From a virus, in IMG/VR virus record IMGVR_UViG_3300001765_000033, positions 1 to 64,000 of that record: DNA of 64,000 nt; one strand, 5' to 3'. Under the pieces are notes generated by a model. The model was not told where the DNA came from and made no database searches. It saw only the letters and a program-made list of their open reading frames with translations. A program made the translations under genes and the position numbers. Below are positions 1 through 9,110 of the stretch, one piece after another. How positions within the stretch are numbered: position 1 is the stretch's first letter; each line of letters opens with the position of its first letter.

Positions 1-120
1 ACTGAATACTATGTAAGAAAAGCAACAGCATCAGAGAATTATGATTTCTCTGCTTATAACAATTGCCCTCATACAGTTCCAGAGCTAATGGCCGAACTCG
101 GGTTATAATCATTTAGCATA
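1..120 (+). CDS. 3' end of an upstream gene (partial, unknown)
   Basis: Open frame TEYYVRK...GYNHLA* from the window start to TAA at 118-120. Confidence 0.5.
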
Positions 121-170
121 AATATTTAATCATGTAAACTTAACGGGCGAAAACCAAAACTACAAAATAA

Positions 171-2987
171 ATGCTAGGTTTTTACCCATTAACGTCAAGA
201 CCCTTATCAGGGACACCATTAATACAATATGAATTATCGTTAGATTCTTCTAGTTTTGCCGTTTCTGGTGCCAATGCAACCTTAGTAAAATCAAAAACAC
301 TGAATCTGGCAGCAGATTCTTTTGTCGTTTCTGGTGCTGCATCTTCTTTATACCAAGCAAAAACAGTTTCGCTCGATTCTGCTACATTCTCTGAAACTGG
401 ATCATCGGCGACATTAGCTAAGTCTACGATTGTTGATTTAAATTCTGCAGTATTCTCAGAAACTGGATCGGCAGCAACTTTAACAAGGCAGAAATATTTA
501 AATTCTGCTTCTGATTCATTTGTTATATCTGGCAATTCTGCCACATTAATAAAAGACGCAAACATCAATTTAAACTCCAGTTCGTTTATTGAAACTGGAT
601 CATCTGCAACTTTAACCAAGCAATATTATGTAAACGGAGAATCTGCCACATTTTCTGAAACTGGATCATTAGCCAATTTAATCAAAACTACAATTGTTAA
701 TTTAAATTCATCCAGTTTTACATACTCAGGATCAGCAGCAACTTTAACCAGACAGAAATATTTAAATCTAGGTGTTGATTCATTCTCAGAAACTGGATCA
801 TCTGCAACCCTAATAAAATATTCCACAGTAAATCTAAATTCTGCTGCATTTACTTACTCTGGATCATTAGCGACATTAACTAGGCAATATCCATTAAATG
901 CTGCTTCTGCATCGTTTGTAGAATCTGGTTCAGTATCTTACCTAACAGTACAGAAATATTTAAATCTAGGATCAAACTCATTCGCAGTTTCTGGTGCTGT
1001 TGGGTGGTTATTAAAAGCATATTATCTTAATCTTGATTCTGGCACATTTTCATTAACTGGAAATTCTGTCACTCAGACTGCAGCAAGGCAAATAAACCTA
1101 GCATCGACTGCCTATTCAGAAACTGGAAATTCAGCGACAATAGGATATCAAAGGAATTTTAATTCTCAGTCTTCAAATTTTACATTAACAGGACAGTCTG
1201 CTAGTTTCATTTTAACTAAGGAAATACAAGGAAATCCTGCCATATTTGTATTGGCAGGATTTCCTGCGACATTATTAAAAACTACTCCAAGTGCGTATGA
1301 ATCTGCTCAGTTTGACATTGAAGGGTATTCTTGTGCTCTTACTAAGCAGTCATTACTAAAATCAGATTCTACTTCTTATTCTGAAACAGGCCAGCCAGCT
1401 AATTTACTTAAAGCAAAATTAATACAAAGCGATTCAGCGACAGTTAGTATTGTTGGATATCAAACGAATTTCAATAAGCAATCATTACTAACCTTAGCCT
1501 CAACTGCTTATTCAGAGACAGGACAGCCAGTTAGCTTAATTGCAACTAGGCAAATGAACTGCAGTTCTGCCTCATTTATATTAAATGGACCGCCAGCAGC
1601 ATTATTAAAGGCTATACCTAATTCATATGATTCTGCCGCATTTGATATTGTTGGATATGACGCAACTCTTACTAAGATATCGCTATTAACCTTAGCATCA
1701 ACTGCTTATTCAGAAACCGGAAATACTGCAAGTTTATATCATAGTAAGGTAATTCAATCTAATTCTGAAGCATACTCATTAACCGGATATTCAGCATTAA
1801 TATGTAAAGCCACAATATCTAGTTTTGATTCAGATTCATTTTCATTAACAGGATCAAATACATATAATTATAAATCATATTATCTGAATCTTGGTAGTGG
1901 TAGTTACTCAGTATCAGGACAGCAAGCTAAATTCGATTTAGTATCAAAATTAAATTCTGCTTCTTATTCAGTAACAGGCAATTTAATTTATGCGTCTATA
2001 TCATCAAATCTTAATCAATGGAATATATCTGTTGATGGACAAAATGCTGAGTTAATAAAATCATATCTAAGATCAAACGATTCTGCTGCGTATTCTGTTT
2101 CTGGATTATCGGCATCCTTAATCAAGCAGAAAATATTAAACTTAGCCTCAACTGCTTATACTGAAACTGGAAATGCTGCTTGGTTATGTAAAGGATATGT
2201 TTTAAATTCTGCTGCTGGAAATATATTAATTTCTGGTGCTGATGCAGAGTTAATTACTCCAGTAAAATTTACCATCGATGCAGGCTCATTTGATGTAATT
2301 GGAGCACCGACCAACCTCTGCAAACATACAGTATTAAGCTTAGATTCTACTGTATTCTCAATATCTCTACGAACTACATCAAAAGATTTGGTTTTTGTTT
2401 GTGAGTCTGCAAGTATATCTGTAGCCGGGGCCAATTTAACAACGCTTCACCATAGATATGTAAGCCTTGAGTCAGGTTTAATAACAACGACCGGATCAGC
2501 GTTTTCTGCCTTTCTATCAAAAGTAATTAACTCTCAAGCAGGACATTTTAATCTAACTGGTAATAATTCTACTGAGTATCGAAATAGGGTATTAAGTGCA
2601 ACACCAGATGCAATTAATCTAACTGGTAATAATTCTACTGATTATCATAATAGAAAATTAAATGCGGAGTCTTCTACAGTTAATGCAACTGGTAATGAAG
2701 CAGAATTTTATAGAAGTTTATATATTGGCTTAGATGCATCCACATATAATATATCTGGATCGACAATATCTAAACACCATATATTCTACTCGACTTTAGA
2801 TTCAAGCACATTTAATATTAATGGACAAGATGTAGATTTATTAAAAGATTATACTAGGGGCGGCGAGTTTAATGTATCAGGTAATAATATAGAGTGTTTA
2901 TTGAAGCTTAATATATTTGAGCCAAATTATGATTATATGATTTATTATAGAAGCAAGAAATCTGATGTTGTATTCGATTTCGTCTAA
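171..2987 (+). CDS. Ser/Thr-rich repeat virion fibre/scaffold protein
   Basis: 938 aa of roughly 21-22-aa repeats (LxLxSxxFxxTGxxAxLxK); late-type CATAAATA at 117-124; directly precedes neck genes. Confidence 0.6.
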   Translation: MLGFYPLTSRPLSGTPLIQYELSLDSSSFAVSGANATLVKSKTLNLAADSFVVSGAASSLYQAKTVSLDSATFSETGSSATLAKSTIVDLNSAVFSETGSAATLTRQKYLNSASDSFVISGNSATLIKDANINLNSSSFIETGSSATLTKQYYVNGESATFSETGSLANLIKTTIVNLNSSSFTYSGSAATLTRQKYLNLGVDSFSETGSSATLIKYSTVNLNSAAFTYSGSLATLTRQYPLNAASASFVESGSVSYLTVQKYLNLGSNSFAVSGAVGWLLKAYYLNLDSGTFSLTGNSVTQTAARQINLASTAYSETGNSATIGYQRNFNSQSSNFTLTGQSASFILTKEIQGNPAIFVLAGFPATLLKTTPSAYESAQFDIEGYSCALTKQSLLKSDSTSYSETGQPANLLKAKLIQSDSATVSIVGYQTNFNKQSLLTLASTAYSETGQPVSLIATRQMNCSSASFILNGPPAALLKAIPNSYDSAAFDIVGYDATLTKISLLTLASTAYSETGNTASLYHSKVIQSNSEAYSLTGYSALICKATISSFDSDSFSLTGSNTYNYKSYYLNLGSGSYSVSGQQAKFDLVSKLNSASYSVTGNLIYASISSNLNQWNISVDGQNAELIKSYLRSNDSAAYSVSGLSASLIKQKILNLASTAYTETGNAAWLCKGYVLNSAAGNILISGADAELITPVKFTIDAGSFDVIGAPTNLCKHTVLSLDSTVFSISLRTTSKDLVFVCESASISVAGANLTTLHHRYVSLESGLITTTGSAFSAFLSKVINSQAGHFNLTGNNSTEYRNRVLSATPDAINLTGNNSTDYHNRKLNAESSTVNATGNEAEFYRSLYIGLDASTYNISGSTISKHHIFYSTLDSSTFNINGQDVDLLKDYTRGGEFNVSGNNIECLLKLNIFEPNYDYMIYYRSKKSDVVFDFV

Positions 2988-3006
2988 ATATTAAAAAGGA
3001 CACACT

Positions 3007-3936
3007 ATGGACATTCAATCAAGACAAGATTTAGTAGATTACTCATTGCGACAGCTTGGTGGTGGAGTGATCAACATTGAAATTACGCCAGAGCAGCTAG
3101 AGGATGCTGTCACTGATGCTATACAATATTATCAAGAATATCACTATGATGGTATCGAAAGAGATTACATAAAATACCAAGTTAAGCCAACAGCAGTGAC
3201 GGTGTTAGATGCTATTGGGTTTGTTATCGGCGATACAATTACCACTACTGAAGGTGGCAGTGCTAAGATTTATGATATCATTGGTAATATAATCTACACC
3301 CAAAGAAATTACGGAGTAGTATTTAAATCTGGACAAACTATTACTAATGCTCTAGTTTCTACCGATATTGTTTCAGTAAAACTTGAAGCAATGGATTTAG
3401 GATATATCGATTTGCCAGATAATATATTTTCTGTGTTGAGAGTAGTTAATACATCAGGCATTTTGCAGAGTCAGGATATTTTATTCAATATTCAATATCA
3501 GATTATGTCTAATGAAATAAGAAACATAACCGCTGGTTCAGCAAATTATCTATATTCAACCATGAATTATCTAGGGCATCTAGATTTTATTCTAAGAAAA
3601 GAGAAATCATTTAGATTCAATCGAAGAATAAACAAGATATTTTTTGATTCTTCGTGGGAATTGCAAGCAGGCCAATGGTTTGTTTTTGAAGTTTATTTCA
3701 CGCTTGACCCTGAAGTATATCAGGAAGTATATAACGACAGATGGTTAAAGAGATATGTTACAGCCAAAGTGAAAAGATTATGGGGTACGAATCTTAAAAA
3801 ATACAATGGTATGACATTGCCAGGAGGAATCCAATATAATGGTCAGATCACATATGACGAAGCAATGCAAGAGTTAGCAGAATTAGAATTAGAAGCATCT
3901 GGTTCTGGTGTTCCTTTGGGTCTTTTCATTGGATAA
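3007..3936 (+). CDS. gp13: Neck protein gp13
   Basis: LRQLGGGVINIEIT, WLKRYVTAKVKRLWGTNLKKY, LPGG motifs; T4 synteny. Confidence 0.92.
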   Translation: MDIQSRQDLVDYSLRQLGGGVINIEITPEQLEDAVTDAIQYYQEYHYDGIERDYIKYQVKPTAVTVLDAIGFVIGDTITTTEGGSAKIYDIIGNIIYTQRNYGVVFKSGQTITNALVSTDIVSVKLEAMDLGYIDLPDNIFSVLRVVNTSGILQSQDILFNIQYQIMSNEIRNITAGSANYLYSTMNYLGHLDFILRKEKSFRFNRRINKIFFDSSWELQAGQWFVFEVYFTLDPEVYQEVYNDRWLKRYVTAKVKRLWGTNLKKYNGMTLPGGIQYNGQITYDEAMQELAELELEASGSGVPLGLFIG

Positions 3937-3939
3937 ACA

Positions 3940-4683
3940 ATGACAGCATTAATAAACAAATATTTTATAAAAAACTCTCCGCTAGAACAGTCTTTATTTG
4001 AAAAGATAAAGACAGAATCTATCAAGGTGATGGGTAGGACGTATATGTACTTACCTAGAGAAGTTTTTGCTATAAACCAAATTCTAGGTGAAGATGTTTC
4101 ATCTAAGTTTTCTACTGCCATTGAGATTGAAATGTATATGGAAGAGAACACTGGATTCTCAGGCGACAATGAAATGTATGGAAAATTTGGGCTTGAAATT
4201 GCCTCAAGCTATACTCTCGTGGTATCAAAATCAAGATGGGAAAAAGAAGTTATTAAGTCAGAAAACGAATTCATGCTGGTCAAAAATAGACCACAAGAGG
4301 GCGATTTAATATTTGACCCAATGACAAAATTTATTTTTGAGATAAAATTTGTTGATCATGATGCGCCATTCTTTGAAGTAAGCAAGAATTATGTATACAA
4401 ACTATCATGTGAAGCATTCCAATATGCATCAGAATCTTTTGATACTGGCGTAGAAGAGATTGATAGACTCGAAGACCTGAATACAAACGATGTTCTTAAT
4501 AATCAAATTACTCAAGAATCTGGATTCATGATACTCCAAGAAAATGGCGGTACTTTATTACAAGATATGCCAGAAATTCCAGATTTCACCTCTGGTAAAG
4601 ATGGATATGACAAATCTCAAGAGTTTGAAGATGTAATTCCACAATTGGAATTTTCAGTATCTAACCCATTTGCGAGTAGGTAA
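3940..4683 (+). CDS. gp14: Neck protein gp14
   Basis: YLPRE, GED..SKF, KFGLEI, RPQEGDLI, C-terminal NPF. Confidence 0.92.
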   Translation: MTALINKYFIKNSPLEQSLFEKIKTESIKVMGRTYMYLPREVFAINQILGEDVSSKFSTAIEIEMYMEENTGFSGDNEMYGKFGLEIASSYTLVVSKSRWEKEVIKSENEFMLVKNRPQEGDLIFDPMTKFIFEIKFVDHDAPFFEVSKNYVYKLSCEAFQYASESFDTGVEEIDRLEDLNTNDVLNNQITQESGFMILQENGGTLLQDMPEIPDFTSGKDGYDKSQEFEDVIPQLEFSVSNPFASR

Positions 4684-4685
4684 TT

Positions 4686-5441
4686 ATGAGTTTATTTAAA
4701 GATAATGCGTTTTACAATAAATCCATTCAGAAGTTTATTGCCGGTTTTGGCAATGTTTTCGTTGGCATGACAATAACTGAAGAAGATGAAAATTGCAATA
4801 CCACAAAAATCATAAGGGTTCCTATTGCATACGGACCTAAAAATAAATGGTTGTCCAGATTAACCTCTGAACCAGATTTAGAGTCTACCCATGTAAAAAT
4901 GACGATGCCTAGAATTGCATTTGAGGTCACTGATTATAAATTCGACCCGACCAGAAAAATTGGCACTCAAGGTTCATACATTCCTGGGAAAATTGGAGAA
5001 AAATCGACTAAGGTTTTCAATCCTGTTCCTTATGATGTTACAGTAAAAATGTACACAATTGCAAAAGATCAAGAGGATTCTCTTAGGATGCTTGAACAAA
5101 TCTTACCATATTTCTCTCCAATTTTAGAAATAAAAATTCTACAATTTCCAGAACTTGGTATGATGAAATCGATACCAGTTCAGTTAGATAGCGTGTCAGT
5201 GGATGACAATTATGATTCATCAGTACAGACTCTTAGAACAGTGGTGCAAACTTTTAATTTCACAGCAAAATTAGATTTGTTTGGACCTATATTCTCTACA
5301 GACAAGGTTATCAAAAGAACTATTATTGATATTTCTACTAAGAAGTTAACTCAAATTGATGAAACATATACTGCTGAAGTGGTTCCTTTTGATGCTAATA
5401 AAGAAGATGTATATACTATAAAAGAAAATTGGGAATTATAA
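4686..5441 (+). CDS. gp15: Tail sheath stabilizer/completion protein gp15
   Basis: VPIAYGPK, MPRIAFE, PVPYD, EQILPYF. Confidence 0.92.
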   Translation: MSLFKDNAFYNKSIQKFIAGFGNVFVGMTITEEDENCNTTKIIRVPIAYGPKNKWLSRLTSEPDLESTHVKMTMPRIAFEVTDYKFDPTRKIGTQGSYIPGKIGEKSTKVFNPVPYDVTVKMYTIAKDQEDSLRMLEQILPYFSPILEIKILQFPELGMMKSIPVQLDSVSVDDNYDSSVQTLRTVVQTFNFTAKLDLFGPIFSTDKVIKRTIIDISTKKLTQIDETYTAEVVPFDANKEDVYTIKENWEL

Positions 5442-5442
5442 A

Positions 5443-5898
5443 ATGAGCAATTTAGATAATGTTTTTAATGTGGAAGAATCACCTGTTGCAACCTCAATTA
5501 TGATTCCAGAAGGTGAATTAAATCCTCTATCAGACAAAGGCGAAGAGTCTGAATTGGATTCTGCTTATGTTAGAAAAAATCAGATTGAATTTATTGAGAT
5601 AAGCAAAGCAGCTGTCAATACTGCAATGAGGATAGCATCAGAATCAGAGGCACCAAGGGCAATCGAGACTTTAGCCTTGATGCTAAAAACAGCATCTGAA
5701 ATGAATCGCCAATTGGTGCAGCAGCATAAGGATAAGGCAGAGGTTAAACAGATGAAAAGTGGTAAAGGTGTTGCTGCTATTTCTAATGGCGGGACTACAA
5801 ATAACATTATTATGAGTGGATCATTGGCAGATATAACTAGAATGTTGCGGGATGCTGAGAATGCAAAGAACGCGAATAGCATGATTGTTGAAGGGTAA
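5443..5898 (+). CDS. gp16: Terminase small subunit gp16
   Basis: SEAPRAIE and TTNNIIMSGSLADI motifs; position before gp17. Confidence 0.85.
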   Translation: MSNLDNVFNVEESPVATSIMIPEGELNPLSDKGEESELDSAYVRKNQIEFIEISKAAVNTAMRIASESEAPRAIETLALMLKTASEMNRQLVQQHKDKAEVKQMKSGKGVAAISNGGTTNNIIMSGSLADITRMLRDAENAKNANSMIVEG

Positions 5899-5910
5899 AG
5901 GAATTGCATT

Positions 5911-6315
5911 ATGGAATTGGGTGAACTTAACGCAGAATATGAACATATAGCATTTAAAAATAATCCAAATTTAAGACCGTGCGGTATTAAATTTGAATAT
6001 ACTATGGAACAAATGATTGAGATTCAGAAGTGTATGAAAGACCCGATATATTTTATCGAAAATTATTTTAGGGTTATTCATCCAGATAAAGGCTCCGTTC
6101 TGATGAAACTTTATGATTATCAAAAAAAGATGATACTAGCATATCATAATAATAGGAGAGTTGTCGCAATGGCATCTCGCCAACTTGGAAAATGTTGCAC
6201 ACTAAATACTAAAGTTAGTTTAAAAAACAAAAAGACTGGTATAATCTACCAGTTAACTTTAGGAGAATTTTATGAGTGGCAAGTATTTAAAGAATTGTTT
6301 GGTGTGTTCGTGTGA
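5911..6315 (+). CDS. gp17: Terminase large subunit gp17, N-extein (94 aa) fused to 40-aa N-intein
   Basis: NPNL, KDPIYFIENY, LYDYQ and Walker A RQLGK, then CCTLNTKV (intein block A). Confidence 0.9.
   Translation: MELGELNAEYEHIAFKNNPNLRPCGIKFEYTMEQMIEIQKCMKDPIYFIENYFRVIHPDKGSVLMKLYDYQKKMILAYHNNRRVVAMASRQLGKCCTLNTKVSLKNKKTGIIYQLTLGEFYEWQVFKELFGVFV
6193..6312 (+). mobile_element. Split intein N-fragment (40 aa)
   Basis: Cys1 directly after Walker A Lys; stop after 40 residues. Confidence 0.85.
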
Positions 6316-7366
6316 ATTTGAGGCAACACACCTAAATTGCAAGAAATGTATTCCGTGTAAATCTAGACTTTTTTGCAGTGAGTGCGATAAAGAAACTCAT
6401 AAGAGTTTTAGTCACGGAAGAATTAAATGTTTGGAGTGTAGAGTGAATGAAACGCACGAAAAATACACAGAAGAAAATTCATACGAATGGATTGAGTGTA
6501 GATTTTGTGGATATAGAGCAGAAGACTTGGGCGGTCATTTACGAGCAGCACACAATACAAATGCTGATGAATATGGAATATCTAAAAGTCAAAGACAAAG
6601 AGACAGGGTAAAAGGAGAAAACAACCCTGCATACCAGCACGGAGGAAAATTGTCACCTTGGTCTAAAAAATCTTTATATCACACAGAAGAACAAATAGAA
6701 CAAAGTCGAAAATTAGCTAAAGAAAATATGCTAGCTAATCCTGAAAGTGGCCCAAATACGTTAAATGTTGAGTATTACATCGCAAAAGGAATGTCTTTAG
6801 AAGATGCTAAAAAGGCGTTATCTGAACGTCAATCGACATTCTCTTTAGAAAAATGTATTGAGAAACACGGAGAAGTTGAAGGAACAAAAATCTGGCAAGC
6901 AAGACAAGATAAATGGCAAGCGACTTTAGATTTAAAAACGGACGATGAAAAGGCCGAAATTAATTTAAAAAAGATTTGGAAAGGCGGAGAAGTTTCAAAA
7001 GTAGAAACAGAATTTGCAGAAAAATTAAAAGCTAAGGTTGATATAACAAGACAATTTATTATAAGGAACAATATTCACCATTTTGTGTGTGATGTTTTAT
7101 TTGGTAAAAAAATTATCGAATTTAACGGAGATTATTGGCACGCTAACCCTAAAAAATATCAAAAAGACGATTTATTATACAACGGAAAATCTGCTAAATC
7201 CATTTGGAAGAAGGATAAATATAAATTAGATTACTTAAAATCTCTTGGTTATGAAGTGATGACCGTTTGGGAAACCGAATATAAAAAAGATAAAACAGGA
7301 ACCATATCTGAATGCATACTATTTCTGACAGGAGAACACGAAAATTCGTTGACACAATTCATGTAG
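6272..7366 (+). CDS. Free-standing homing endonuclease, Zn ribbons plus Vsr/DUF559-like nuclease
   Basis: Multiple CxxC, KGENNP motif, C-terminal IIEFNGDYWH...GYEVMTVWE. Confidence 0.85.
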   Translation: MSGKYLKNCLVCSCEFEATHLNCKKCIPCKSRLFCSECDKETHKSFSHGRIKCLECRVNETHEKYTEENSYEWIECRFCGYRAEDLGGHLRAAHNTNADEYGISKSQRQRDRVKGENNPAYQHGGKLSPWSKKSLYHTEEQIEQSRKLAKENMLANPESGPNTLNVEYYIAKGMSLEDAKKALSERQSTFSLEKCIEKHGEVEGTKIWQARQDKWQATLDLKTDDEKAEINLKKIWKGGEVSKVETEFAEKLKAKVDITRQFIIRNNIHHFVCDVLFGKKIIEFNGDYWHANPKKYQKDDLLYNGKSAKSIWKKDKYKLDYLKSLGYEVMTVWETEYKKDKTGTISECILFLTGEHENSLTQFM

Positions 7367-7674
7367 ATGATTGGGAGATTGAAACTGAATCTGGGTGGGT
7401 TGATATTGAATATATCAACAAAACGATTCCTTATGAGGTTTATCAATTAAAAACTGATAATTGTTGTCTTGAGTGTGCGGATACTCACATTGTTTTTAGA
7501 GAAGACCATTCAGAAGTTTTTGTTCAAGATTTATTTCCTGATGATGTTATTATAGGCGAAAATGGCTTAGAAAAGGTAATCTCAGTAACAAAAACTGATC
7601 GTTTAGAAAATATGTATGATTTAACCGTTGGTGGTGATCATACTTTTTATGCTGAAGGTTTGTTGCACCATAAT
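7312..7674 (+). mobile_element. Split intein C-fragment (121 aa)
   Basis: Block B-like CADTH, blocks F/G ending His-Asn, Thr at +1. Confidence 0.88.
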
Positions 7675-9042
7675 ACTACTACATCTGCTGCATATATTTT
7701 ATGGTACGGATTATTCAATGATCTAAAAACTTCTGCTGTACTTGCTAACAAACAAGCCACTGCATTTGAAATTATGGATCGTATTAAATTTGGTTATGAA
7801 GAATTGCCACTTTTTTTACAACAAGGAATTAAAACTTGGAATAGAGGCTCTATTGTTTTAGAAAATGGTTCTCAAATTTTCGGCGCTGCCACATCAAAAT
7901 CGGCAATTCGGGGTCGGACAATTTCTGGAATCCTCATGATGGATGAGGGAGCATTTATCCCCAACACTCAAGCTGAAGAATTTTTCACGGCAGTTTTCCC
8001 AACATTATCAGCATCAAAAGAAGCTAAATTTATTTTGACATCAACCCCAAATGGTTTCAATTTTTTCCATAAGATTTGGAGTGATGCTGAAAAAGGCATA
8101 AATGGGTTTTTTCCAATCAGATCGATGTGGTACGAACACCCAGATCGTGATCAAAAATGGTATGAAGAACAAAAAGCTGCATTAGGGCCATTAAAAACAG
8201 CGCAAGAATGCGATTGTAATTTTAATGGCAGTGCGATGCAATTGCTAGCGCCACATACAATGTCATCTCTATCCTACTCAACCCCAATCCAAATATTCAC
8301 AGAAAAATATCAAGGTCTAAAACTTTATACTCTCAGTAAACCAGAAAATCATTATGTCATGACGGTTGACGTATCTCGCGGTAGACATTTAGATGCGTCT
8401 GCATTCTTAATAATCGACGTAACCAAGCAACCATACACCATAGCGGCATCATATTCTAACAATGAAGTTGCTCCATTGATGTATGCCGCTATTATACACA
8501 CGATGGCTAAGCAATATAATGATGCCTATATATTAGTGGAAATTAATGATATCGGTGGTCAGGTCGCAGAGTCATTACATTATGATTTTGAATATGGAAA
8601 TATGTTTTGGTCGAAATCGGGAGAAATTCTAGGTAAAAGGGGCGCAGACCCTTATCCTGGTATTAGGACAACGAAAAAAACAAAAAGAATTGGGTGTGCA
8701 AATTTAAAAGACATGGTTGAAAAGCAAAACTTTTTAATTAATGATTTTCAGCTTATTCGAGAATTATCTACTTTCGTACAATCTACAACTGGATCATATG
8801 AAGCAGATGAAGGATTTCATGATGATATGGTTATGTGTGGAGTATTATTTGCTTGGCTGGCCTCTCAGGTTTGGTTTAAAGATTTAACCGATCAAGATAT
8901 GCGTCAAGAAATGTATGCAAAACAATTAGAAACAATTGAAGAGGAATTGACCCCATTTGGATTTATATCCAATGCAGCAAATGATTTTATAGAAACCCCA
9001 AGGGATATTAATTCAAAAGAAGCCCTTGAGTTTTTCTTTTGA
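7312..9042 (+). CDS. gp17: Terminase large subunit gp17, 121-aa C-intein plus C-extein
   Basis: Intein end MYDLTV...LHHN|TTT, then ANK, Walker B MMDEGAF, STPNG, DVSRG, HDDMVM. Confidence 0.92.
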   Translation: MHTISDRRTRKFVDTIHVDDWEIETESGWVDIEYINKTIPYEVYQLKTDNCCLECADTHIVFREDHSEVFVQDLFPDDVIIGENGLEKVISVTKTDRLENMYDLTVGGDHTFYAEGLLHHNTTTSAAYILWYGLFNDLKTSAVLANKQATAFEIMDRIKFGYEELPLFLQQGIKTWNRGSIVLENGSQIFGAATSKSAIRGRTISGILMMDEGAFIPNTQAEEFFTAVFPTLSASKEAKFILTSTPNGFNFFHKIWSDAEKGINGFFPIRSMWYEHPDRDQKWYEEQKAALGPLKTAQECDCNFNGSAMQLLAPHTMSSLSYSTPIQIFTEKYQGLKLYTLSKPENHYVMTVDVSRGRHLDASAFLIIDVTKQPYTIAASYSNNEVAPLMYAAIIHTMAKQYNDAYILVEINDIGGQVAESLHYDFEYGNMFWSKSGEILGKRGADPYPGIRTTKKTKRIGCANLKDMVEKQNFLINDFQLIRELSTFVQSTTGSYEADEGFHDDMVMCGVLFAWLASQVWFKDLTDQDMRQEMYAKQLETIEEELTPFGFISNAANDFIETPRDINSKEALEFFF

Positions 9043-9110
9043 CTAAATATAACATACGCGAGTAGTTTCGTTGTGTTTTACAAATTTTGAATGATTATTA
9101 AGGAGAGTTT

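Noticed and set aside
182-2434. Minus-strand ORFs within the repeat gene
   Set aside because: Antisense shadows of a low-complexity coding repeat
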